Shown: positions 10,438 through 19,851 of the stretch, one piece after another | Layout of the letters: every line of letters starts with the position of its first letter | Position numbering within the stretch: position 1 is the first letter of the stretch | NCBI GenBank assembly: GCA_052390235.1 | Contig: JBQTHB010000002.1 | Coordinates: forward strand, 32,001 to 96,000 | Source of the DNA: Deltaproteobacteria bacterium | GTDB lineage: Bacteria > Desulfobacterota_D > UBA1144 > Nemesobacterales > CSP1-2 | Reading direction: 5' to 3' | Length of the DNA: 64,000 nt | Made by a program: the position numbers and the translations under genes | The notes under the pieces: model-generated | What the model saw: the letters and a program-made list of their open reading frames with translations, nothing else | Told to the model about the DNA's origin: nothing | Databases searched by the model: none

Positions 10438-11295
10438 ATGTCCTCGCTGATAAAATTCATCAAATTCGCCTTTATAAGAGACTTCTACGCCACTCTCGCC
10501 CGCGTGCCTCTCGTGGGGGCGGCGCTTCGAGCGGTCGTCCGAATGCTCATTCCCTATGGAAAGCGGGTGTGGCTTCAGGTGTCTGGCGGGATTATCAAGG
10601 GCTTGTGGATGAACCTTGACCCCCGCTATGAGCTTGATTACTGGCGTGGAAACTGGGAGTCTGGGCTTGAGGGCTGCTTCGTCGAATATCTCAAGCCCGG
10701 AGGCGTTTTCTATGACGTGGGAGCGCACATAGGATATTTCAGCATGGTCGCCGCCCGCTTGGTTGGAGACGGCGGCAGGGTGTTTACCTTTGAGCCTGAC
10801 CCGGATAACGCCTCGTGCGTCAGGAGGCATATCGCCCGAAACCGGCTCTCTCAAATCGAGATTACCGAAGCCGCCGTATGGTCTGGGAGCGGCTCTCTTA
10901 CGTTCAAACGGGCAATCGAGCGCTCAAGCCGTAACATGGGCGCGGTGGATGCCGAGGGAGTCTCCGGTTCATCTGAGGGTATGATTCGCGTCTCTGCGGT
11001 CTCACTGGATGAATTCTGCCGCAGTCATCCCCTGCCGAGTATGATAAAAATTGATGTGGAGGGGGGCGAAATTGAAGTTCTGCGGGGCGCGACCGGCTTA
11101 CTTACTGGGAAGGATAAGCCGGTCGTGCTTTGCGAGGTGCATAGCTCGGAAAACCTCGACGCTTTCCAGTCTCTCATGCGCTCTTTTGGGTACTCGGTTC
11201 GCCCCTTAGGACAGAGTACGGGGGAATTCCCCGCGCATTTTCTCGCCCGTCCCGAAATTTTAGCTCAGAACCAGTCTGGGAAAGGCAGTGATTAG
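10438..11295 (+). CDS. FkbM-family methyltransferase
   Basis: YDVGAHIGY, FEPDP, IKIDVEGGE. Confidence 0.9.
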   Translation: MSSLIKFIKFAFIRDFYATLARVPLVGAALRAVVRMLIPYGKRVWLQVSGGIIKGLWMNLDPRYELDYWRGNWESGLEGCFVEYLKPGGVFYDVGAHIGYFSMVAARLVGDGGRVFTFEPDPDNASCVRRHIARNRLSQIEITEAAVWSGSGSLTFKRAIERSSRNMGAVDAEGVSGSSEGMIRVSAVSLDEFCRSHPLPSMIKIDVEGGEIEVLRGATGLLTGKDKPVVLCEVHSSENLDAFQSLMRSFGYSVRPLGQSTGEFPAHFLARPEILAQNQSGKGSD

Positions 11296-11427
11296 TTGCT
11301 AGTTGCTAGTGGAACTCATCCCTAGAGACTCAGCTTGATTCAGATTAAAAACAGTGGACTCTCCAATTACGCCCCCCCTCAGCATAGAATTTTCGAGATT
11401 GCCTCTATACGCTAGGAACTGCCCCTC

Positions 11428-12468
11428 ATGCGCTCGCCAAAATTAGCCGACCTCCCCCCCGCGCCTGCCGGAAAAACCGGATGGCCCTGGACTTGCGAAA
11501 GCGCCCCGATGCCGGATTCCGCCCCAGACGGACGCCCTATTGCCAGAATCAGCGTCGTAACCCCGTCATACAATCAGGGGCGGTTTATCGAGGAGACGAT
11601 TCGCTCCGTGCTTCTTCAGGGCTACCCCGACATCGAGCTTATCATCATGGATGGCGGAAGCCGAGATGAAACCCTTGAGGTCATAGGCAGATATGAAAAG
11701 TGGATTTCCTTCTGGACTAGCGCTCCCGACGGGGGGCAGACGCAGGCTATCAACGCCGGATGGAGGCGGGCTACGGGCGGATACCTCACGTGGCTCAATT
11801 CGGATGACTACTTCGCGCCGGAGTGGTCAGCAGTGGCGGCGTCCGCGCTCTGGGCTGACGATAGCGTTGGGATAATATGCGCCGACGCTCTTGTAGTGGA
11901 TGCGTATTCCCGTGTTCTGTCAATCTTCAGAGGCTCTGAGCCGGACATCGGGCGGATGCTGACGCGCTGGCAGGGGTTTGCGCAGCCCGGGTTTCTGATG
12001 AGGCGCGAGGTTTTGGATAGATGTGGATTCTTGGACGAAAGTATGCAGTTTACAATGGATTTTGAGTACTGGGTGAGGCTACTAGCGCGCGGGGTGAAAT
12101 TTGGCTACGCGCCAAAATCCATTGCCGCAACGAGGCTTCATCCGCATTCAAAGACCTCGACGCTCTACCGCGTCGCAATAGCCAATCTGCTCGATGTCGT
12201 CGGGAAATTTCAGGCAGACCCCCCGGCGCATCTCGAAGCGCTTGCCCGCCGGGCATCTGAGAGGGCCCCTTGGAATGCGGCATATCTAGCTTTTGTGAGC
12301 GGCGACGATACTCTGGCTAGGCGGTATCTCGCGGATTATCTAAAGCGCGCCGGGGTACGGGCGGCGCCAAAATCCGCCGCTCTGTGCGCGCTCACTTTTC
12401 TGGGCGGATGGGGAAGGGATATCCTCGCGTTCTATCAGCTCTATCAAAACACGCGCTCCGGTTCATGA
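11428..12468 (+). CDS. Glycosyltransferase family 2
   Basis: ISVVTPSYNQG, IMDGGSRD, WLNSDD. Confidence 0.9.
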   Translation: MRSPKLADLPPAPAGKTGWPWTCESAPMPDSAPDGRPIARISVVTPSYNQGRFIEETIRSVLLQGYPDIELIIMDGGSRDETLEVIGRYEKWISFWTSAPDGGQTQAINAGWRRATGGYLTWLNSDDYFAPEWSAVAASALWADDSVGIICADALVVDAYSRVLSIFRGSEPDIGRMLTRWQGFAQPGFLMRREVLDRCGFLDESMQFTMDFEYWVRLLARGVKFGYAPKSIAATRLHPHSKTSTLYRVAIANLLDVVGKFQADPPAHLEALARRASERAPWNAAYLAFVSGDDTLARRYLADYLKRAGVRAAPKSAALCALTFLGGWGRDILAFYQLYQNTRSGS

Positions 12469-12681
12469 TGATGCAGAAGATTCAAAAACAGGAGATTTTT
12501 CCTTTTCAACTTAAAATGACAAGCTCCGCCGCTTAGCTATTTTGTAGCGCTATTGTTCGGCGCGCTTATTTTAGGTTCTGCCTTTGCATATCAAAACACT
12601 CGATGCGTGCTCTGCCATCCCGGTCAGAAGTGGCAGACATCTGAATTTCTGGTCTCTACTAACGGCTTGACGGTAAAATCC

Positions 12682-13584
12682 ATGAATATATCTGAAATCA
12701 TCCGCGCGCTCCCCCGTTTTATGCGCCGCCACAAGCTCATCCAGGCTATGCTCCGCGTCTGCCCGTCATCTCGCATTCAGGAGATTCGCTTCAACGGCTC
12801 AGCGAGTCTCTACGCCGACCTCCGAGACCCGTTTGCGAGGAGTTATCTAATTGCCGAGGGCTTCGACCCTGAATTTTTCGCCATCGCCGCTCCATTTCTC
12901 TCAAATGGCGGGGTGTTCTTTGATGTGGGGGCAAATTTTGGCTTCTGCACGTTCGGGCTGATTGACCTCCTCGGCGGGGGGGCGGGCGTTAATTATCACC
13001 TATTTGAAGCAAATGGCGATATATGCTCCCTCCTTGCGCGGTCGGCGGCTCTTCATGCGATGGGAGATATTTGGATAAATCGCTGCTGCGTAACGGATGT
13101 CGCCGGAGTGTCGAGGTTTCAACTCGTCGCCGATAATTTTGGGGCGTCTCATATATTGTCGGACGGCGGCGGCGAGGAGGTAGAAAATCTAATTCTCGAT
13201 GAATACGTCGCCCGTCATTCAATTCGCAGGATAAACCTCCTCAAGATTGACATCGAGGGGTGGGAGGCGCGGGCTTTTCGAGGCGGCATTAACACTCTGG
13301 CATCGGGCGCTGTGGACGCGGTCTATTTCGAGGCGTCATCTGAAAATCTGGGGCGCGCGGGGTTTTCCCTCTCGGACTGCTTCTCAATTCTCGAAGATGC
13401 CGGGTTCTGCCTCTATTACGTCAGAAGCGCGGACTTCCACTCCGGAGTTGCAGACGAGCGCAAATCCCTCACTCTTGGCGTGAACGGGCATCGCCTGACT
13501 GTTGCCCGTGTCGGCGCGATTCCTACCCGTCTTCACACGGACATTCTCGCTGTACACAAATCTTGCGCGTATATAGGGCTATGA
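12682..13584 (+). CDS. FkbM-family methyltransferase
   Basis: FDVGANFG, LKIDIEGWE; ATG at 12682 preferred over TTG at 12553. Confidence 0.85.
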   Translation: MNISEIIRALPRFMRRHKLIQAMLRVCPSSRIQEIRFNGSASLYADLRDPFARSYLIAEGFDPEFFAIAAPFLSNGGVFFDVGANFGFCTFGLIDLLGGGAGVNYHLFEANGDICSLLARSAALHAMGDIWINRCCVTDVAGVSRFQLVADNFGASHILSDGGGEEVENLILDEYVARHSIRRINLLKIDIEGWEARAFRGGINTLASGAVDAVYFEASSENLGRAGFSLSDCFSILEDAGFCLYYVRSADFHSGVADERKSLTLGVNGHRLTVARVGAIPTRLHTDILAVHKSCAYIGL

Positions 13585-14723
13585 ATATTCTCACTTTCAC
13601 CGGATACCCGCTCGACCCCAAACTCGGAAGCGGAAAAACTGTGCTTATGTTCTCCGAGGGGCTGCGCGGCGCCGGGCATTCAGTGCGCGTCTGCGAGCCG
13701 GAGCAGTACGAGCCGCTCTACGGGCTTGGGCGAGGCACTCAGTTCCGCCAAGCATGGGGAAGCGACAGGCTGATAGGCAAATTGAGCGTCGCCGAGAGCT
13801 TCGACTTGCTTGAATTCTACGGGGCGGAGTTTTGGATAGCCATACGGAGGCTCTCGAAAATGCGTCGAAGACCGCTTCTGGTGAGCCACACGAACGGCTT
13901 AGAGCTTTTGCTCTTCGACCGTCAGAGGGAATACGAGCCTCGCCCGAAATCATTGGGAGGCAGGATGCGCGCTTTCATCTTCGGGCAGACCCACGAGAGG
14001 TTCTCGAAAATCGCGTTTGCCCATGCCGATGCGTTTATGGCAATTTGCGAACTGGACCGAAAATACGTCGTCAACGCGGGACTCTTCCCGCCGGAGCGCA
14101 CGGCAGTAGTAGAGCCGGGGATTGACGCAGAGTATCTAGCCCATACCTTCACCGCTCAGCGTGAACACAGGGTCGCGTTCTGCGGCACATGGATTGCGCG
14201 CAAAGGCATTGGCGCGGTGTCAGCGGTTATGAGGGAGGCTCTCCTGAGGGATAAGAATCTCTCGTTCGACGTCTATGGGACGGGCGGAGCAAGGGACGGC
14301 GTGCTTGCCGGATTTCCGCCGGAGGTTCACCCGCGCATAGAGGTTCACCCGAAACTCTCGAACGGGGATTTGGCGCGGAGTTTGTCGAGGGCGAAGGTTT
14401 TTTTCTTCCCCACTCAGTACGAGGGATTCGGCATCGCGCTTGCCGAGGCTATGGCGTGCGGACTCGCGGCGGTAACCACTCCGACGGGATTCGGGGCGGA
14501 TTTGCGGGACGGCGAGGAGGCATTAATTCGGGGTTTTGACGACCTCAAGGGGATGCGGGATGCCGTGTTGAGTCTCCTCGGCAATGAAGCGATGAGGCGC
14601 GCCGTAGCCGAGAGGGGCTGGCAAAGGGTCCGCTCTTTGACCTGGGCAAGGAGCGTCGAGCGGCTTGAAGCCGTATATCGGGACTGGGTGTCGGAACACA
14701 AGCGGCGGATGCGGGAGGGATGA
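13581..14723 (+). CDS. Glycosyltransferase family 4
   Basis: FPTQYEGFGIALAEAMACG; ATG overlaps the upstream stop. Confidence 0.9.
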   Translation: MNILTFTGYPLDPKLGSGKTVLMFSEGLRGAGHSVRVCEPEQYEPLYGLGRGTQFRQAWGSDRLIGKLSVAESFDLLEFYGAEFWIAIRRLSKMRRRPLLVSHTNGLELLLFDRQREYEPRPKSLGGRMRAFIFGQTHERFSKIAFAHADAFMAICELDRKYVVNAGLFPPERTAVVEPGIDAEYLAHTFTAQREHRVAFCGTWIARKGIGAVSAVMREALLRDKNLSFDVYGTGGARDGVLAGFPPEVHPRIEVHPKLSNGDLARSLSRAKVFFFPTQYEGFGIALAEAMACGLAAVTTPTGFGADLRDGEEALIRGFDDLKGMRDAVLSLLGNEAMRRAVAERGWQRVRSLTWARSVERLEAVYRDWVSEHKRRMREG

Positions 14724-14747
14724 TTCAAGCGAGCGGCGAGGAGAAGC

Positions 14748-14968
14748 GCTCAGGGTGAAGAGAAGTGGATTCCCGCTCTGATGGCTTGCGGGAATAACAG
14801 AGGGTGATGGCTTGCGGGAATGACAATCCCCTCATCATTTGTCCTCTTCGCTCCCTGTCCTTTCGAGCCGAAGGGCGAGAAATCCTGCCATTTTAAGATT
14901 TCTCCTCACGGCTAAGCGGTTCGTCGAAATGACAACCTCTAAGATTCCTCTCCGCGTTCGGAATAACA
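14748..14968. repeat. REP-like palindromic array
   Basis: GGATTCCCGCTCTGATGGCTTGCGGGAAT; TTCGAGCCGAAGGGCGAGAAATCC; AGATTCCTCTCCGCGTTCGGAAT. Confidence 0.8.
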
Positions 14969-15079
14969 ACCTCTACTCTTCTGCCGGATGGCTTCTGGGC
15001 ATCTTTAGTTTCCATTGGCGCAAAATTCGTGGCTGGAGTGGAGTTTACAATTCCAAGCCGTCTTTATACTGAATTCCGA

Positions 15080-16258
15080 ATGAAACTGCTCATCATATCG
15101 CCGCATTTCCCGAATATCCGAGGGGGCGTTGCAGACCACACGCTCCATCTCGCCAAAGCCCTCGCCGAAGCGGGAAACGAGGTCTCGGTGCTGACATCCT
15201 CCGACGACAGAGTCATTGCCAAAGCCGATAATATTGAGATTTCTGCGTCAATTGAAAATTGGGGAATTCTGGGTCTTCCCCCCCTCGTTCGAGCGATAAA
15301 ACGGGCGATGCCGGATTGCGTCCTCATTCAATACGTCCCGTATATGTATAGCGGGGCGGGCGTGCCGGTTGCCGCCGCGCTCCTCTCGATATGGCTCCGC
15401 TTTGCCAATTTGCGGGTGGTTGCTACGTTTCACGAAATAGCCACGGCGTTTAATCCGGCAAAGCCTAAAGCCGCTATGCTCTCGCTTGCGCAGAGGCTAG
15501 TAGCCAATGTAATCTGCCGAATGGCGCACGGCGTAGTCATCACGGCTGAGGCTTATAGGGCGACGATTTGCGGGTTCGGCGCAAAAGCCTCAAAAATCTA
15601 TGTCGGGAGCAATATCCTGCCCGTTAGTTTCTCGGATGATGATAAAAGAGATTTCAGGCGCCGCCTCGCCTCACCCGATGAAGCCATCATCTCGACTTTC
15701 GGGGCGAATCCCAAAAGAGCCGATGTTCTCATCGGAGCGGTTAAGAGGCTCGGCGAACGGGGAGTTCCCTCCAAACTGCTGATTCTTGGAGGCGCGCCCG
15801 ATGAGTGGGTTCAAACAATCCGCGCTAGGGTTCGAGATGAAAATCTCCAGGAGCAGGTCGTCATCACGGGCTATCTCGAATCGGATGACGTTTTTCGCTA
15901 TCTCTCAGCCTCGGATATATTCGTGATACTCGAAGGGGTTTCATCCGAGGGAGCGGGCGGCGTCGGCGTGAAAAATACATCCCTCACAGCCGCCCTTGCC
16001 GCCGGAGCGCCTGTCATCGCCAACCGCGGACACATGACGCAGGGCGATTACCTATCTCACCGAGAAAACGCTATCCTCATAGACTCGCTGGATGAAGAGT
16101 CCATTGCCTCGGAGATACAAAATCTCCTCTCAGACCCCGCGCTGATGAAAAAATTAAGCTCTGCCGCCCTCTGCGCTTTCAACAAGGAACTCGACTGGCG
16201 CGCCGTCGCCCGAAAATATCTAAAAGCTATATCCGATGCATCCAACCCTCGCCCATGA
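15080..16258 (+). CDS. Glycosyltransferase family 4
   Basis: GGVADHT, IQYVP, TFHE, AALAAGAPVI. Confidence 0.85.
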   Translation: MKLLIISPHFPNIRGGVADHTLHLAKALAEAGNEVSVLTSSDDRVIAKADNIEISASIENWGILGLPPLVRAIKRAMPDCVLIQYVPYMYSGAGVPVAAALLSIWLRFANLRVVATFHEIATAFNPAKPKAAMLSLAQRLVANVICRMAHGVVITAEAYRATICGFGAKASKIYVGSNILPVSFSDDDKRDFRRRLASPDEAIISTFGANPKRADVLIGAVKRLGERGVPSKLLILGGAPDEWVQTIRARVRDENLQEQVVITGYLESDDVFRYLSASDIFVILEGVSSEGAGGVGVKNTSLTAALAAGAPVIANRGHMTQGDYLSHRENAILIDSLDEESIASEIQNLLSDPALMKKLSSAALCAFNKELDWRAVARKYLKAISDASNPRP

Positions 16259-17289
16259 CTCAAAATAAAATATCAACCGAGCCGGTAGTGAAATGCCCCC
16301 TCTGCGGCGTCTTCGGAGAAATCCGTTATTCGGGACTCCGCGATGCCATATGGGACACCCCCGGCGAGTGGGCTTACAGAGCCTGCCCCGAATGCAAAGC
16401 CCTGTGGATTGACCCGCGCCCACTGCCTCGCAGCTTCCCCGCCATCTACCCTGAGGATTATCTCACGCACTTCGGGCCCTTTGACGCGCTCTGTCCGAGG
16501 GATGGCGCGCTCGAAACCCTGCGCCTCGGCGTTAAGCGTGAAATTCTGCGCCGCTCTTGGGGCTATTCCTCCTCGAATGCGCCGGGTTCGCTGGCGGGTT
16601 TTTTAGGAGCGGCGGCGGCAAAAATCCCTCAGCTTCGGCGGTGGGCGGGATTTACCGTGAGGTTTCTCCCTGCCGTGAACGGGGGGAGGTTGCTCGATGT
16701 TGGCTGCGCTACGGGGGGATTTCTCTACACGATGTCGAAGCTCGGCTGGGGGGCAACGGGCGTTGAGCCTGACCCGATTTCAGCCTCGATGGGGCGCAAG
16801 GCTGGGGTCGAGATATTCGACGGCACGACGGATACGGTCTCGTTCCCTCCTGATACCTTCGACGGCGTAACGCTTCATCATGTTATCGAGCATCTGGCGG
16901 ACCCGCTAGGCGTGGTCGTGAAGCTCGCATCGGTTCTCCGTCCGGGGGGGTTGTTTGTCTCTGTTTCGCCTAATCCCGACGGGTTTCTAGCGAGGCGTTT
17001 CGGGGGGTATTGGAGGGGGCTTGAGCCGCCCCGGCATTTTATCCTCCTCGGAAGGCTCGCTCTTGGCAGGATAGCCTCTTCGGCGGGACTCTCCGTGGAT
17101 GAGATTTTCACCACTGCGCGCAACGCAGACTGGATGGCGCGGGAAAGCGAGTCAATTCGGCGATGCGGCAATATTAGGGATTACAAAGGTGGCGCGGCTA
17201 ATAGAGCGGCGGCGGCGATGTCGAGAATTGTCTCTCTACTCGGCGGGGACGAAGGCGATGAGATTGTGATTATTGCCCGCAAGAAATAA
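16255..17289 (+). CDS. Class I SAM-dependent methyltransferase with N-terminal zinc site
   Basis: CPLC..CPEC; LLDVGCATG; HHVIEH; EPPRH. Confidence 0.85.
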   Translation: MTQNKISTEPVVKCPLCGVFGEIRYSGLRDAIWDTPGEWAYRACPECKALWIDPRPLPRSFPAIYPEDYLTHFGPFDALCPRDGALETLRLGVKREILRRSWGYSSSNAPGSLAGFLGAAAAKIPQLRRWAGFTVRFLPAVNGGRLLDVGCATGGFLYTMSKLGWGATGVEPDPISASMGRKAGVEIFDGTTDTVSFPPDTFDGVTLHHVIEHLADPLGVVVKLASVLRPGGLFVSVSPNPDGFLARRFGGYWRGLEPPRHFILLGRLALGRIASSAGLSVDEIFTTARNADWMARESESIRRCGNIRDYKGGAANRAAAAMSRIVSLLGGDEGDEIVIIARKK

Positions 17290-17315
17290 TATCAATAAAA
17301 GGGGAATCTTATCTA

Positions 17316-17344
17316 GGATTTCTCGCTATCGCTCGAAATGACAG
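17316..17344. repeat. Single REP-like unit overlapping the next start codon
   Basis: GGATTTCTCGCTATCGCTCGAAATGACA, nearly identical to units at 5050 and 5252. Confidence 0.75.
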
Positions 17345-18213
17345 AAAGAAAACCCCTTGCCGTATTCATAATTCACTGGAATCGCCCTGAGGAGTGCGCC
17401 GCCTCAGCGCAAAAGTTCCTCGCTCAGACCGTGCCGGTTCGGATTACCGTGATAGACAACGGCTCTTCGCCCGAAAATCTGGCGGCTCTTCGAGAGGGGG
17501 TTTGCGGCTTTGCGCAGGTCATGCCGCTGGCGGAGAATCTGGGCTTTGGGCCCGGACTCAACGAGGGGCTTAATCTGTGGCTCGCCGATGAAGACGGGGG
17601 GGATTTCGTCGTTCTCTCGGCTCACGACGCGGCGGCGGATGGGGACTGCCTCGAAATTCTCATTAAGGCGATGAGGGAGAATCCGCGAGTAGGCATTGCC
17701 GGGGCGGAGTTTGGCGTTGGCTACGCCGCGTCCTTCAGCGCTTTTAGGGGCCCCGTCATCGAATTTGGCGAGAAGGGCGAGGGATTTGAAAGGCACGCCT
17801 TCGCCAACGGCACGGTCATGATATTTCGGCGCGCTTGTATCAGCGAGATTGGGATTTTCGACGATATTTTCTTTGCTTATGGAGATGAAGTTGACCTGTG
17901 TCTCAGGGCGGCGGCGGCGGGCTGGATGACGGGAGTCGTTTGGGGAGCTAGGGCGCGCAATCCCGGATGCTCCGCGCCTTCGGCAATGGTGTCGTATCTT
18001 CAGGTGCGAAACGCGATACTACTGGTGAGGCGGTGGAAGGGGCGGGGTTTTGCGGCGGCGAGGACTGCGCTATTCGCGCTGAATGCGCTTCGAGGGATTG
18101 TGTGGAAATCTAAAAAGCCGGCGATGTTCTCAGCCCGCGCCTGGGCGTTTGCCATTCGGGACGCTTGGCTCGGAAGATACGGCGCGCCCCCCGAGTCGCT
18201 GAGGCGGAAATAA
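17338..18213 (+). CDS. Glycosyltransferase family 2
   Basis: IIHWNR, VIDNGS, NLGFG, FFAYGDEVDLC. Confidence 0.85.
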   Translation: MTERKPLAVFIIHWNRPEECAASAQKFLAQTVPVRITVIDNGSSPENLAALREGVCGFAQVMPLAENLGFGPGLNEGLNLWLADEDGGDFVVLSAHDAAADGDCLEILIKAMRENPRVGIAGAEFGVGYAASFSAFRGPVIEFGEKGEGFERHAFANGTVMIFRRACISEIGIFDDIFFAYGDEVDLCLRAAAAGWMTGVVWGARARNPGCSAPSAMVSYLQVRNAILLVRRWKGRGFAAARTALFALNALRGIVWKSKKPAMFSARAWAFAIRDAWLGRYGAPPESLRRK

Positions 18214-18312
18214 ATCCCCCCATGCGAGAAATCCGCAACGGAGGCAATTTTTTAATGAGCGTTGTGGCAACCAAGCGCTAGCCCTTAATTTACTATAATT
18301 CATCTCAAAATT

Positions 18313-18560
18313 TGTCATTTCGAGCCGAAGGGCGAGAAATCTCAAATAAGATTCCTCTCTGCGTTCGGAATGACAGAAGTGGGGCTTGCGGAGTGGCAGC
18401 AGTGAGGAGTTCGGAGTGGCAGAAGGTGAGAGAGAGGGACACTTGATACCGAGCGATAGCCTCTTGTGTCATTCTCACGAAAGTGGGAATCCATAGCTCG
18501 GCTCCGCTCAGGGTGAAGAGAATTGGATTCCCGCTCAGATGATTTGCGGGAATGACAGGA
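18313..18560. repeat. REP-like palindromic array
   Basis: GTCATTTCGAGCCGAAGGGCGAGAAATCT; GTCATTCTCACGAAAGTGGGAATCC; GGATTCCCGCTCAGATGATTTGCGGGAATGAC. Confidence 0.85.
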
Positions 18561-18684
18561 GTGAGGCTTGCGGAGTGGCAGAAGCTCTGTCGCCCCGCTT
18601 TTGCTCATACTCATTTGGGATATTCCCTCGCAATGGCACTTTGAGGTAGCTCCTAATCATAATCACCGCTTTTCATCTCGAACC

Positions 18685-19842
18685 TTGAAACCCAAAATCC
18701 TGTACATTCACGGCGGCGGCGACGCCATAGGCGGCATTGAGACCTATCTTGCCCGCTCGCTTAAATATCACTCCTCTGTAGAGCCATATCTAGCCGTGGT
18801 GAGGCGTGGCAGAGTGTTCGACTATATGAGGGATTCGGGCTTCGGCAACCTATTTGACCTTGAGGGCGGGAGGCTTCGGGACGGCATCAAATTTATAAAA
18901 GCCCTGTACCGAGCGCGCCAAATCGTCCGCCGCGAGGGGATAGCTCTCATCGCCGCTCATGGCCCTCACTCGTGGATTTTCGCGGGAGCAACAGCAAAAA
19001 TTTGCGGATTGAAGAGCCTCTATTATGTCCAAGGCGAGATTAAAAAAGAGGATTTCAGGCATCCCGTCTCCGGGTTAAGCCTCATGCTCAAGCCCGATGT
19101 CTATGTGGCAAACTCCCAGTTCACCGCCAAAACCATAATGGCGCACATCCCCAAAGCCCGGGTAGCGGTCAACTGCCTAGCCTCAGATATTCACGAATTC
19201 GACTGCATTGACGAAGCGGCGGCGAGGGCGCGTCTCAGAGCCGAATTCAACATTGCCGAGGATAAATTTATCTTCTGCGTAACCGGTAGAATTCAGGCGT
19301 GGAAGGGGCAGGACACCGCAATTGCCGCCTTCAAAGATATGCGGATGAGACCCAGGGCGGCGCTCCTAGTCGTAGGGGACTGCACGTTTGCGAGCGATGA
19401 GCCATTTTACGAGAGGCTCAAATTGCTCTCAGGGGGCGACCGCTCTATAATATTCACCGGTTTTCGCCGCGACGTTCCATTTATCATGAAAGCCTCGGAC
19501 GCCGTGCTTCACACCTCGAGAGAGGCTGAGCCATTCGGGATAGTGGTCGTCGAGGGGATGATGGCGAAAAAGCCCGTTATCGCCACGGCTCACGGGGGAC
19601 CAGAGGAGATAATCGAGCGCGGCAGGAGCGGTTTTCTATTCCCGCCGGAGGATTTCGCGCAACTCGCCCGAATTATGGACTCCCTCGTAGAGAACGGCGA
19701 TTTATGCTGCGAGGTATCGGCGAGGGCTTATGAGAGGGCTAAGGCGAAATTCTCGATGGAGGCGTCGGTCGGCAGGCTTGAGAGAATAATGCGCGATACT
19801 CTGGGATGCGAGATGCTGGATGGCGATAATCGAGACACTTAG
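18685..19842 (+). CDS. Glycosyltransferase family 4
   Basis: GGIETY, GRIQAWKGQ, EPFGIVVVEGM; TTG start inferred because the upstream part of the ORF abuts the repeat array. Confidence 0.85.
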   Translation: MKPKILYIHGGGDAIGGIETYLARSLKYHSSVEPYLAVVRRGRVFDYMRDSGFGNLFDLEGGRLRDGIKFIKALYRARQIVRREGIALIAAHGPHSWIFAGATAKICGLKSLYYVQGEIKKEDFRHPVSGLSLMLKPDVYVANSQFTAKTIMAHIPKARVAVNCLASDIHEFDCIDEAAARARLRAEFNIAEDKFIFCVTGRIQAWKGQDTAIAAFKDMRMRPRAALLVVGDCTFASDEPFYERLKLLSGGDRSIIFTGFRRDVPFIMKASDAVLHTSREAEPFGIVVVEGMMAKKPVIATAHGGPEEIIERGRSGFLFPPEDFAQLARIMDSLVENGDLCCEVSARAYERAKAKFSMEASVGRLERIMRDTLGCEMLDGDNRDT

Positions 19843-19851
19843 GTAGCGGCA

